64,000 nt of DNA from Emiliania huxleyi CCMP1516 (lineage: Eukaryota). The DNA is taken from the NCBI RefSeq assembly GCF_000372725.1, contig NW_005201403.1, forward strand, positions 62,001 through 126,000, read 5' to 3'. The notes under the pieces were generated by a model. That model saw only the letters and a program-made list of their open reading frames with translations, was not told the origin of the DNA and did not search any database. Below, piece by piece: positions 36,583-48,108 of the stretch. The first letter of the stretch is position 1. Each line of letters begins with the position of its first letter. The translations under genes were made by a program, and so were the position numbers.

Positions 36583-38150
36583 AATAAATAATAAATAAAA
36601 ACGGACACCTCTACTGTGAGATGGGTAAAAAGGAACAGGTCCCCGCCCGTGCGATCTTTGTGCAGGGTTCTTTGTGGGTGTGGTCGGCGACTAGCCGGGG
36701 TCGTCCTCTCCCGATGGGGGACTAGCACTAGCCGTCTTCCACATGGTCCCTCGGGTCCCTGCTGCTCCTAATCTCTTCGTACATCCTCCTGCTGATCTCC
36801 GCAAAGTCCTGCTCCCTCCCTCGTCTCGCCCTGCGCGTCTGCTCCGCCTCCCCGTCGTCTGCCCTGCGTCGTCTGGTGACGGGTCCTCCATAGTCGGTCG
36901 AGGTCGCCGCCCTCCTCGTGCCTCTTCCCAACGTCCCTCGACGGCCGATGCCGTCTGCTCCGGCTCCCCAGTCCCCGGGTCTGCCCTGCTCTCTTCTGCG
37001 CTAGTTTCTGCTTCGTCACCACTCGCTCTCTCCTCTTCTCTCCTCTTCTTGTATGCTTGTGCCGCGTCGATTCCTTTTCGCGCGAGCACCACCCTGAAGC
37101 CCGCCCAGCAGCTGAACCGCTCCCTAAGTCGAAGGAGCATCATCAGTCTCACCCACTTCGCTCGCTGCCCACTGTCGCCGCTCCCTCCCGCTTGAGCCGC
37201 CGTCGCGGCCCTCGTTCGTCCCACTGGCTGTTGGCCGTGGCGTCCCTGCGTTGCCTGCGTTATCCCTCCTCCTCCGCGACTCCCTCAAGGCCGGCCGGGC
37301 CTCTTTCCACCCAGCGAAGAGCTTCCTCAGCCACTCGATGTGTTCCTCTCCCTTCATTATGCGCGCTGTAGCCTCATCATTGAGCTGGATCCACCTCTGC
37401 ACCGCTCCCGTCGCCGCCTCGGCCACGACTTGCAAGTTCCTCGTGACCCCGGCGCCAAGGTCCCTCCGACTCTTCTCCGAGAGATCATCTACCAGCGCCG
37501 GCAACACCCCCCCGACGGCTGGGGCTAGTGCATCGTACCCGTCCTCATCCAGCACCCTATAGCGTGAGCCCTTCAGCGCATCGACATGCGCTATCCTCAG
37601 CGTCTTCAGCGTATCCTCGGAGTCGGGCGCCGCCTGTGCTACTTTGCTGATCGCCGTCCCCGTCTGCGCTCGCGCTACTCTGAGGAACCATCTGGCCTGC
37701 TCCCTATTCCCCAGGCAGGCGCCGCTGAGCACGTGGGCCATCGTTGCTCTAGGCGGGTTCTCATCTTCCTCGGTCCATCGCTGCGCGGCTTTCCGCACGA
37801 TCGGACACAGCGGGTCCCGCATTAGTGCTGCCCTCCTCGCCGCGTCCCTCGCGGCCTTACAGACGAGGCAGCCCCTGAGTTCGCTCCTTGTGGCGGCGCC
37901 CGGGGTCTCTCTCCCCGCCTCTCCCCGCATGATCCTCTCGTGGTGCGCTCCGTGTGGCACCCCCGCCTGCTGCCGCACCCGCGCTCCCACGGTCTTTGTC
38001 ACCACGTTGTGATCATCCACGTCGGCGAATTCAATCTCGCGCTCGCCGTGCTGATCCTTGATCCGCTGGCGCTTGTCCCATTTGTGTCTCGTCGTTCCCC
38101 TGACCACATCGCTCCAGTCCACACAGCGGCCACATGTTTCATGTGTGAAC
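36583..38150 (-). mobile_element. 5'-truncated, frameshifted non-LTR retrotransposon 3' portion
   Basis: ORF 37124-38122 has CLVC...ATMAHVLSGAC, like the C-terminal CCHC zinc motif of LINE ORF2. 3' end TTTTACCCATCTCACAGTAGAGGTGTCCGTTTT(TATT)n also occurs at 61557-61607. Confidence 0.55.
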
Positions 38151-38199
38151 AGACCGGGACTTGAGAATGAGCGATCTGAGTTTTGTGTCTATATGTGTA

Positions 38200-38757
38200 A
38201 AGGGTGTGGATGCTGGGTTGAACAAAATCGAGGGACGCGACCCACTTCGCCACAGACGGCCCCGCGCCTCGCCGCTATGACGGGCACACGCCCCGCACCG
38301 TCCGCTGTGTGCCCGTCTTTGTCCGGAGTGAAAAGTCCAACGCGCTCGTCGGTGGCGGCTTCCCTCAACCTGCGCCGCGCTCGGCGAACCTCGACAGCGC
38401 TTTCGGTGGCATGCAGCTCTTTGCGACAGATTCCTGGAGAGCAGCTCCTCTGCTGCTCACACACTCTGCACAGCTGACACAGCCTACTGTGCGGCTGCCA
38501 CAGCTGTGACAGCGATGGGCTCGCCCTCACTGGCCCTCAGTCACTTGTGCTGCGGCTTGTGTGAGCGACACTGCTCGGCGACTGCCGGCACACTGTGAGA
38601 CCATGGGTGTGAGGTGAAACCACGCTACCAGCGCTTGGTCACATCGGCCCCGAGGTCAGATCCATCTACTCTGTTGATGACAAGACTTGTCTACCGGCTG
38701 GAGCCGAGCAGGAGGGCTTGGCGCACAACCCCTGTTCAACTCACCCTCCACACCCCG
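38200..38757. mobile_element. TA-flanked MITE (copy 2, different interior)
   Basis: TA|AAGGGTGTGGATGCTGGGTTGAAC ... GTTCAACTCACCCTCCACACCCCG|TA; first ~210 bp and last ~60 bp match 26676-27250. Confidence 0.8.
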
Positions 38758-38935
38758 TATCTCTCTGACACACCCTCGATGCTGGTTAGCGCCGGTCTCT
38801 CTTTCGTTCGCGGCGAAATGTGTATTATTATGCAAAGCTAGGGATCTAGGGACCCAAGGCGCAAGGTACGATGTTTGTGGAGGATCGTAAGGTCTATAAG
38901 GGCGCAAGTCATGCCAGCGGTCTCCATGCTAGCCG

Positions 38936-41900
38936 CTATCTTCCGGTGGCGGCCTTGTTGAGCGCTCGGCCGAATGCTGCCGTCGCGACCCGGCGCAGAC
39001 CGGAGCCGATCGAGAGCGCACGCGGGGAGACGGACGCTAGCAGCGACGCCGCGGCGGGGTCAACCGGCATTGACTTCCGCTGCCGCTTCGCAGGCGGGGC
39101 ACTGGCCGGCTTCGACGAGCCGGCCGTCGCCGACGCGCCTGGCTGCGCTGGCTGCACCGCCTTCCCGCGGCGCGAGCACGTCACCAGGACTTGGCAGAGG
39201 CCAGGGTGGTTGTTCGGGAGCGGGCAGCCCTGTATGCCACAGACGTCGCGCAGAGCAAAGCCGCCGCCCCTCGCCTCGTCCTTTTCGGTCCGCTGTGGCA
39301 CTTGCGCTTCGCCGCTCGGCAGAACTGCCGCAGCAGCTCTTTTCTCCTCGTCGCTCAGCAGAACCTTGACGAAACGAGGCGCGACGCGCTCCTCCGAGTC
39401 GCCGTCGTCGTACGCAATGTCGCACTTTCCATCGGCGTGCACCGCGGTCACCGTCCCGGGGAACCCTGGTGGGAGGAGGGCGGAATTAGACGGGGGCGGG
39501 GGGTGGGCGAGGGCGAAGGCGAGGGGGCACGGACAATTCACGCCGCCGATGTCGCCCTGAAACTTTGCCTGCACCCGATCGCCCGGCTTGAGCTCCACGG
39601 CCGGCAGGACCGAGCTGAGCAGCGTCCACCGCTTCGAGGTGGCGGCGGCGGCGGCCCTGGCTCGGTCGGCGGCCTCCTTCGCGACTTGCCTCGCGGCCTG
39701 CTGCGCGGCCTGCTTCTCGGCAGCGGCCGCCGCCTTGGCAGCGGCACGCTCGGCGGCGGCGGCCTCGCGCTTGGCGGCCGCGGCGGCGGCGGCGGCGGCT
39801 CGGGCAGCAGCGCGCTGCCTGAGGCGCTCGGCGACCTCCGCGCTCACGAAAGCGCGCAAGCGGCCGGGCGGCACGCGCCGCTCGGTGTCTCCGTCCTCGT
39901 AGTGGATGTCGTAGCTGCCGTCCTCGTGCGCCGTCCCCACCCAGCCGTTGAACCAGCGGCCAGAGGCTCGCGAGATGGGTCCGCAATACTGCGCCTCGAC
40001 CCGCTCTCCCACGCCCGGCTTGCGCCGCCCGCCGAGCAGAGCGAGCGCCACCGCCACCGGCCTCTGACGGGCGAGCCTACAGCGCCGGCGGCAGACGAGT
40101 CTCGACTTGCAGACGGTGCAGACCGCACCCCTCTCCTGCGCCCGCCTTGCTGCAGCGGCTGCTGCGGCGCGCGGCTCGCGGTCGCCGGCCTCGTCGCAAT
40201 CTGGGCAGCAATAGCCACCGGGACCGGGCTGCAAGTGGCCCGGCGTGCCGCGCCCGACCGAGCTGCAGCCGGCGGCCTCAGCGCAATCGCCGTGCACGCT
40301 GCGGCCGCAGCAGTCACACGAGAGCCACACGCCTAAGGGGCAGGGTTAGGGTTAGGGTTAGGGTTAGGGTTAGGGTTACACACGCCTGCGGGGCAGGGGG
40401 CGAGCGACGCGTCGCGGCCTCGGCCGCCGCTCGCACCGCCGCAGTGTGCGTTGGCCCGCCGCTCGAGACGTCTGTATCTCGGCTAATCTGAGCTATCTCT
40501 CGGCTACATCTCGCCGCTGAAGGAGAGGCCCGACGCGGAGAGGTGTCGCTTGGTGCCGCAAAAGCACGCGCCTACAGCATCATCAGCAGCAGCAGCATCG
40601 CAGCCGCCTCGCCTCGGCCCCTCTCGGCCCCTCTCGGCCCCTCTCGGCTAGAGCCCCTGTCGCCTCGCTCAGGAAGCTCTGGCCTCGGCCCATCCAGCAC
40701 CACCGCCTCGTCCGCCGCGCGAGGCTCCTGTCTCTCCATCTGGCACCACCGGACGTAGCACTCCACGCCCGACCTGCTGGGCAAGCGCACCCCTCACACC
40801 ACCACAGGCGAGTCGGCAGGCAGCACGGTGCGCCACAGACCGGCCGGGGATGTGAGTCGACACCACGCCAAAGAACTCGCCGCGCAGCCCGCTGCCCATC
40901 GCCCTGCCGCAGAGAGGCGCGAGCCGCGGCACGAGCGCGCGGAGCCGCTCGTCGCCGTTGCGCTTGCCGAGCCACGGCAGCGGCGGCGGTGTGCGGCGAC
41001 TCACCGCGCCAGCCTCGCGCTCGGCGTCTGGCCTGCTGAAGGGCGGAGGACGAGAGGGNNNNNNNNNNNNNNNNNNNNNNNNNNNNNNNNNNNNNNNNNN
41101 NNNNNNNNNNNNNNNNNNNNNNNNNNNNNNNNNNNNNNNNNNNNNNNNNNNNNNNNNNNNNNNNNNNNNNNNNNNNNNNNNNNNNNNNNNNNNNNNNNNN
41201 NNNNNNNNNNNNNNNNNNNNNNNNNNNNNNNNNNNNNNNNNNNGAGAAGAAGCGCTGCTCGCCGCTGCCGACGCCGCCGCTGCCGGGAGGGATGCCGAGG
41301 TTGTAGCCGCTCTGCCGCATCCACGCGAAGGGCAGCACCGGTCCAGAGTACTCGCAGATCGGCAGTCCGGCAGTGAGGTCTCTCCGAGCGATGAGGCCGA
41401 GGCCGCAGTCGGTGGGGGCGACGTAGCAGAAGGGAGATATCGGCCTACTCGCGGAGGGTGCGCGTCACTTCCCTCCCCGACGCAACGCAGCCGTGGCGAG
41501 GCGACCGCGCCCGAAGGCGACCGCCGTGAGCAGCGCCGCGGTTTGGCGAGCGCTCTCCGCGAGCTGCTCGGCAATGTCCGCTCGCGAGGTGGGCACACGC
41601 GGCTCCGCCGACGGATTCTCGACGGGCACAGCCGCCGCGGCCGTGTGCCGTGTCTGTCGAGGCGGCGGCGGCAGGCAGGGCGGCACCTCGGCCTGGTGAG
41701 CCTCGCCGAGCTGCTGCTCCCTCCGCCACGCACCGGCGTTGCCGAGCAGACTCGGCCGCAGCGCCTGGAAGGCTTCGATGGGCGCGCGGTCGAGGAAGCT
41801 CTTGTCAGGCTCCCAAGAGTCGTCCTCCGGCGCGTAGCCGACCCACCGGACGAGGAACTCGCGCCCACCCCGCCGCTGCCGCACGTCGAGGATGCGCTCG

Positions 41901-41995
41901 ACCTCAAAGGCGAGCTGGCCCTTGTCGGTGAGCACGGGCCCGCCCTCGCCGAGCTGGTTCTTCGCGTGATTCTCAGGACTCGGGCCGCGGCGCAT
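38936..41995 (-). CDS. Chromatin protein: chromodomain - SET - PHD - Tudor - Tudor (spans gap 41059-41243; joining inferred)
   Basis: FEVERILDVR...EFLVRWVGYAPEDDSWEP (chromo); CGLGLIARRDLTAGLPICEYSG...FFIDG (SET N-half; IDG read from the duplicate copy); WLSCDCCGRSVHGDC...YCCPDC (PHD); two Tudor-like units ending in YDIHYEDGDTE and CDIAYDDGDSE. Confidence 0.6.
40342..40378. repeat. Interstitial telomeric (TTAGGG)6 array at an intron 3' end
   Basis: AGGGTT repeated six times. Confidence 0.95.
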
Positions 41996-42079
41996 CCGGC
42001 TCAAGCTCGTGTCAGCAACAGTGCTCCGACGAGCAACGTTCGACGCTGAGCGCGAGCGTGAAAGAATTTGAGCGCCAAA

Positions 42080-42545
42080 TTAAAATCCCGGTGTGCTGGC
42101 GGCGTGCCGTCCTCCCATCCCTCCCTTGGGTTGTCTGTTTTCTTTCTTTCTTTACTAGCCGCCCTCTCATCCCTCCTTTGGGTTGCCTGTTTCCTTTCTT
42201 TTTACTTGGCCGTCCTTAAAATCCCTGTGTGGTGGCGGCGTGCCGTCCTCACATCCCTCCCTTGAATAGTCTGTTTTCTTTCTTTCTTTACTAGGCCGTC
42301 CTCCCATCCCTCCCTTGGGTTCTCTGTTTTCTTTCTTTCGTGTCGTGCGACCGCCTTTTGTTGTAAAATTCTTTCTTTACTAGGCACGGGACCCCACCTG
42401 TCATCCCCCTGATCGTCCTTCCAAAATCCTGCTCGTGCTTTACGTGCAGGTCCAGGTGGGGACCCTGTCCTCCTCCCCTATCCCTCGTTTGTCTTCTCTG
42501 TTTTCTTTCTTTCTTTACTAGGCACGGGACTGGCGCGCACTGGCA
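42080..42545 (+). repeat. Head-to-tail stack of short modules ending (TTTC)nTTTACTAG
   Basis: TTTACTAG junctions near 42152, 42287, 42376 and 42514, each preceded by a TTTC tract. Confidence 0.8.
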
Positions 42546-43191
42546 CTAACACAGAAGAAGAAGAATTTCTTGTTGGTTTTCTAAAATCTCTCTCTCTAAC
42601 ACAGGTACACCAGCGCTGAAAATTTTCTCGGGTCCGTTGGCCTCTTTGTACATTGTAGGGAAGAATTTTGATACCCGTCAAGACGCCTGCTGGGGGCAGC
42701 TTCGTAACGAAGCCGTCTGCTCCCCCAGCAGGCACACACTAGACAGATGCCATGGGAGGAGAAAGGGGACGGTGGTGGGTTCGACGAGGAGAGAGAGAAG
42801 GTACTGGCGACGCGCACTGACTGACGTAAGTCTGCCTCTGAAGTGCGCCCCACTTTCAGAGGAGCTTATGGGGTTTCCCGGGTATTTTCGGGTATTACCC
42901 GCACTGTGGAGACACTAAGTGATCGTCGTGGGTCACTGGCCAGGCCTTCCTTACTGTTGTTCAGTCGGCCTAACGTTAGAAACTGTTGTTTGGGGAGCCC
43001 CACTGTTGTTCTGTTGTTACTGTTAACTCTTTTGCTTCATAAGGCTCATGGTGAGCAAATCTCGATATATCTCCAGTCGTAGCGGTGGAACNNNNNNNNN
43101 NNNNNNNNNNNNNNNNNNNNNNNNNNNNNNNNNNNNNNNNNNNNNNNNNNNNNNNNNNNNNNNNNNNNNNNNNNNNNNNNNNNNNNNNNNN

Positions 43192-44070
43192 GGTCGGTCG
43201 CTGGGGCCGGGGGGCGGGGGCGGGCGGGTGGTTTCACCGTCGATGAAGAAGCGCTGCTCGCCGCTGCCGACGCCGCCGCTGCCGGGAGGGATGCCGAGGT
43301 TGTAGCCGCTCTGCCGCATCCACGCGAAGGGCAGCACCGGTCCAGAGTACTCGCAGATCGGCAGTCCGGCAGTGAGGTCTCTCCGAGCGATGAGGCCGAG
43401 GCCGCAGTCGGTGGGGGCGACGTAGCAGAAGGGAGATATCGGCCTACTCGCGGAGGGTGCGCGTCACTTCCCTCCCCGACGCAACGCAGCCGTGGCGAGG
43501 CGACCGCGCCCGAAGGCGACCGCCGTGAGCAGCGCCGCGGTTTGGCGAGCGCTCTCCGCGAGCTGCTCGGCAATGTCCGCTCGCGAGGTGGGCACACGCG
43601 GCTCCGCCGACGGATTCTCGACGGGCACAGCCGCCGCGGCCGTGTGCCGTGTCTGTCGAGGCGGCGGCGGCAGGCAGGGCGGCACCTCGGCCTGGTGAGC
43701 CTCGCCGAGCTGCTGCTCCCTCCGCCACGCACCGGCGTTGCCGAGCAGACTCGGCCGCAGCGCCTGGAAGGCTTCGATGGGCGCGCGGTCGAGGAAGCTC
43801 TTGTCAGGCTCCCAAGAGTCGTCCTCCGGCGCGTAGCCGACCCACCGGACGAGGAACTCGCGCCCACCCCGCCGCTGCCGCACGTCGAGGATGCGCTCGA
43901 CCTCAAAGGCGAGCTGGCCCTTGTCGGTGAGCACGGGCCCGCCCTCGCCGAGCTGGTTCTTCGCGTGATTCTCAGGACTCGGGCCGCGGCGCATCCGGCT
44001 CAAGCTCGTGTCAGCAAAAGTGCTCCGACGAGCAACGTTCGACGCTGAGCGCGAGCGTGAAAGAATTTCA
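43192..44070 (-). other. Near-identical duplicate of the chromo-SET 5' region (41244-42070); allelic or assembly duplicate, or recent segmental duplication
   Basis: About 825 bp near-identical; both copies abut N gaps. Confidence 0.75.
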
Positions 44071-44177
44071 GCGCCCCGTCTAAAATTAAAATCCCTCCCA
44101 CAGCCCACCGTAAATCCGTCTTTTTCAGGCACCCGGAGCCCTCCGGCTCCGCGGCCGCTTCTACGCCGGCGAAGCAC

Positions 44178-44464
44178 CATCAAGCTGCTGTACGGCCCCG
44201 GCATCGCCTCCCCTGGCTTAGCTCTCAGTCAAGATATTGTGCACATGCCACATGGGTGGCCTCTACAATATACTCACTGACACTGAACCTCCCAGAGCTC
44301 GTCCCGGTCCGTCACGGCCATCCTCGGCCTCCGGCGGGCGGCCCCCGGCCGCGGCGCGGTGCGGCGGCGCCGGGACGCGGTCGGGCGATCTGAGGGTGAG
44401 GCCCAAGTAGGCGAATGTATTGCCCACATCCGCCAGGGCTATCACCTGTGGGACCTATCAACAG
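44178..44464. mobile_element. Internal fragment of the 26676-27250 MITE
   Basis: CATCAAGCTGCTGTACGGCCCCGGCATCGCC...GGACCTATCAACAGG matches 26898-27187. Confidence 0.75.
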
Positions 44465-44640
44465 GCGCCTGCGGCGCCGTGCTCAAGGAGTTGGTTTTCA
44501 CTCGCTCGAAATGTGTGTGCGTAAAAAAGGGTTAACACCGTAGCAAAACAGTGTGTGTTCAGCTCCTAACGTTAGGCAACCCTACCGTTTTATAAAACGT
44601 GTCATGACGAGAAGTTCCCATAGTCTCTCACCGGGCCGCC

Positions 44641-44672
<32 letters not shown>

Positions 44673-45227
44673 CCTCCCTCCCTCTCTCTGTCTCNNNNNN
44701 NNNNNNNNNNNNNNNNNNNNNNNNNNNNNNNNNNNNNNNNNNNNNNNNNNNNNNNNNNNNNNNNNNNNNNNNNNNNNNNNNNNNNNNNNNNNNNNNNNNN
44801 NNNNNNNNNNNNNNNNNNNNNNNNNNNNNNNNNNNNNNNNNNNNNNNNNNNNNNNNNNNNNNNNNNNNNNNNNNNNNNNNNNNNNNNNNNNNNNNNNNNN
44901 NNNNNNNNNNNNNNNNNNNNNNNNNNNNNNNNNNNNNNNNNNNNNNNNNNNNNNNNNNNNNNNNNNNNNNNNNNNNNNNNNNNNNNNNNNNNNNNNNNNN
45001 NNNNNNNNNNNNNNNNNNNNNNNNNNNNNNNNNNNNNNNNNNNNNNNNNNNNNNNNNNNNNNNNNNNNNNNNNNNNNNNNNNCGTGAAGACTACCTCCTA
45101 GTTCTAGAGAAAGGGTCGCTTTTCTTGATCCTCTTACATTTCGGTGGGGGGGGGGGGGGCAGCTGTGATGGGCAGCTGTGGCGTAGTCTTGGACGGCGGC
45201 GGGCTTGGGACACTTCAGGCGACTCGC

Positions 45228-45785
45228 CTCGCCGAAGTTGACGCGCGGGAACTCCGCCGCCAGCTGCGTCACCGTGCGGCGGCCGTCGCTCGTGTAGTTG
45301 GCGATACGCTCACGCAGAAGGTCCGTCGTCACGACGGGTGGCGGCCGGCACGGCTCGTGCCGCAGCCACGCGCCGAGCTTGCGCCACCACGGCCGCGCCC
45401 GGTGGAGGCACTCGATCTGCGGGCAGCCGATCATCGCCGTCTGAAGCGTCCGCCGGAAGGGCGAGCTGAAGATGGCGTCGAACGTCACGTTGCTGCGGGT
45501 CAGCTCGCGTCGAAGTTTGGCGGCCTGCCGCCGACCCAGGCGCGTCAGCGGCGGGTCCCAGTATGTGAGGCCGGTGACGCTCTCGAGCAAGTAAAAGGCG
45601 ACGCCATGCGTCTCTCGCAGCGCCCGCCACTCCTCCCTCTTCATGAATCGCTGTCGCCGCTCGGCCTCCAGCTCCGCGGCGTTGTGGGTGCCTTCTGCGT
45701 GCCGAATGAGGTGCACGGTTTTGCAGCGAAGCCCCTCGGGCGGCGGGCGTGACGTCGGGAAGACGGCGTGAGCCGGGCAGTCCAT
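45228..45785 (-). CDS. Histidine phosphatase / phosphoglycerate mutase-like protein (3' exons lost in gap 44695-45082)
   Basis: KTVHLIRHAEGTHN, DPPLTRLGRRQA, IFSSPFRRTLQTA, LRERI. Confidence 0.85.
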
Positions 45786-46053
45786 GTTAGTCTTTGCGTG
45801 AATTACACGAGGACTGGATAGGCGATGAGCGAACGTGGAGAGGCGAGTGCGAAGGGGAGGCGTGATTGAGAGGGTCTGGTCGATCTTGTTATCGCCCGTT
45901 AAATTTCTTTTCATCGCCCCTCCCCGGAAAAAGAAACCCTACAAACGAGGCGTATGGGACGATCGCGCCCCCGCCACGGCCAGACATCTTGGCGCTCACG
46001 GCTTCCTCGCTGCTTGGACGCGGACAACACGGAGCTGCAGCCGCTCATCGCCC

Positions 46054-47238
46054 ATGCTGCCCAGCTGGGGCTTGCCCGTCCTCATCACCACGGCCGCCGT
46101 CGCGGCCTACCTCGGGCTGCAGCGCGCTCTGCGCTGGCGGCGGGCTCGGCGGCTCGCGCGGCTGAGCGCCGACGAGGCTTCGGTCGAGATCCTCAACGAG
46201 ATGTATCAGCTCGAGATGCCCTTCATCATCACCAAGGCTGCCGAGTTCGCGCTGTTCCGCACGTTTGGCGTGCCGACGATTTCCAAGCTGCTCGACTCCA
46301 CCAAGGGCTTCGAGCCCGACAACGTCCTGTCTCGCTACGAGGACACGACGCTGCTCATCCAGCACTTCGCCTACTTCGACGTGCGCAGCAACCAGCACGC
46401 CGCCGCCGCGCTGGCCCGCTTCAACCAGATCCACGGTTTCTACGCCGACCGCATCTCGAACGACGACATGCTGTACACCCTCTCTCAGTTCATGCTCGAG
46501 CCGGCGCGCTTCTGCGCGCGCTTCGGCTGGCGCGCCTTCACGCCGCACGAGCGGGAAGCCTGCTTCAACTACTGGCGAGTGCTCGGCGAGCGGATGGGCA
46601 TCCGGCAGATCCCGACGACGGTCGACGAGCTGGATGCATGGAACCGAGCGTACGAGGCGCGGGCGATGCGGTACAGCGTTACCAACCAGCGCGTCGCCGA
46701 GGGGTCGGTGCTGCTCTTCATCAAGCCCTACCCACGCTGCGTCCAGCCGCTCCTCCGGCGAGTCATCTACGCGCTGCTCGACGACCGCCTCACCGACGCA
46801 ATCGGCGCGCCTCGCCAGCCGGCTTGGCTCAAGGGCCTCGTGCGCGGGCTGCTCCGCGCGCGCGCGGCGCTCGTCCGCCGCCTCTTGCTGCCGCGCCGCG
46901 CCGCCGTGCGGCGCGTCAACGCCGCGCCGGCGCACGGCTGCACCTTCCGCGCGCGCTACCCGCCGTTTGACTACCCGCTCGTCTCGTACCCGTACGCCAA
47001 GGCCCACCCCGATGGGTACACCATCGACGGGCTGGGCCAGCTGCCGGCGACGGCCGACGAGCTCGGCATGCCCACCGACCCGCCGCGCTTCGCGCTGGGT
47101 CCGGCGTACGAGTGCGAGCCCGGGGTCGTCGGTCCACGGTCAACGAGCTCTCGGCCGATGACTGCGAAAACTGTAGCTTCGAATTCTTCTTCCCCTCTGA
47201 GAGATTGGCGGCCTACCGCCACCGACGCTGCAAAATGA
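46054..47238 (+). CDS. ER-bound oxygenase MpaB / DUF2236 (rubber oxygenase catalytic domain) family protein
   Basis: N-terminal TM; FALFRTFGVPTISKLL..T..F...RYEDT...ARFNQIHGFY..ISNDDMLYTLS.F..EP..F...FGWR...YWRVLGERMGI. Intronless. Confidence 0.85.
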   Translation: MLPSWGLPVLITTAAVAAYLGLQRALRWRRARRLARLSADEASVEILNEMYQLEMPFIITKAAEFALFRTFGVPTISKLLDSTKGFEPDNVLSRYEDTTLLIQHFAYFDVRSNQHAAAALARFNQIHGFYADRISNDDMLYTLSQFMLEPARFCARFGWRAFTPHEREACFNYWRVLGERMGIRQIPTTVDELDAWNRAYEARAMRYSVTNQRVAEGSVLLFIKPYPRCVQPLLRRVIYALLDDRLTDAIGAPRQPAWLKGLVRGLLRARAALVRRLLLPRRAAVRRVNAAPAHGCTFRARYPPFDYPLVSYPYAKAHPDGYTIDGLGQLPATADELGMPTDPPRFALGPAYECEPGVVGPRSTSSRPMTAKTVASNSSSPLRDWRPTATDAAK

Positions 47239-47527
47239 TTAGCGAGAGGACCGTCTAAAAACTTCGCCCGAGGTAGAAAAAGAAAGTGGGCGTTTCAAAG
47301 CTCCAAGTGCGAGCTCCGAGCTGCTGGTTACATAGAGAGGCCCCTCTCTGGCTCACTGGCTGTGTTTTTCTGCCACGTTTTTTTTCTTTTGAGGGAGGCA
47401 GGCTGCAGGAAACGGCTGGAGGCGATTCGAGGAGGCGATACGGAGGAGCAAGCGCTTCTCTCTCTCGCACACGGCCCGCCTTCTGAGCTCACTGCCTCGG
47501 CCCGGCGGTGATCTCCTCTAGCTATAC

Positions 47528-48108
47528 CTACCCCTGCACCCCCGCCTCGATCTTCTTGGGTAGCAGCTGGTCCGCACCGTGGTCCGACAGGTCCTCTCCG
47601 TGGCCTAGACAGCCGCGCTCGCCCTGGCCCCAGGTAAAGACGGCGCCGTCGGCGGTGAGGGCGATGCTGTGGGATGTTCCCGCCGACACAGCGAAAACGC
47701 GCTGGCCAGCGAAGGCCTCGACCTTCATCGGCAGCAGTTGGTCCTGCCAGTCGCCGTGGCCCAACTTGCCATAGGTTCCTTCGCCCCAGCTCCGGAGAGT
47801 GCCATCGGCGGTGACGGCGTGGCTGTGGAAGTATCCCGCCCCCACAGCGATGGTGCGCTGGCCAGCCAAGGCCTCGATCTTCTTCGGCAGCGGCTGGTCC
47901 TGCTCGTCGCCGTGGCCTAGCTGGCCTTCACCTCCCCCGCCCCAGCTCCAGTGGGCGCCGTCGGCAGTGAGGGCGAGGCTGTGACCATCTCCAGCCGACA
48001 CGGCGACGACGCGCTGCCCAGCAAAGTCCTCGATCTTCTTTGGCAGCAGCTGGTTCTGTTGGTCGCCGTGGCCCAACCTGCCATAGTAGCCATAGTAGCC
48101 GTAGGGTA
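47528..48108 (-). pseudogene. RCC1-repeat fragment lacking its 5' end
   Basis: About 3.5 repeats of VxVSAGxxHSxAxTADG..WG.G..GxLGHGD....LPKKIE; a repeat module lies immediately upstream and there is no ATG. Confidence 0.75.

Noticed and set aside
32824..40378. TTAGGG arrays as a chromosome end
   Set aside because: Only 4-6 units each, and they sit inside genes.
41465..42004. Chromodomain as chromovirus integrase tail
   Set aside because: No RT or integrase nearby, and it is followed by SET-domain sequence, so a host gene fits better.
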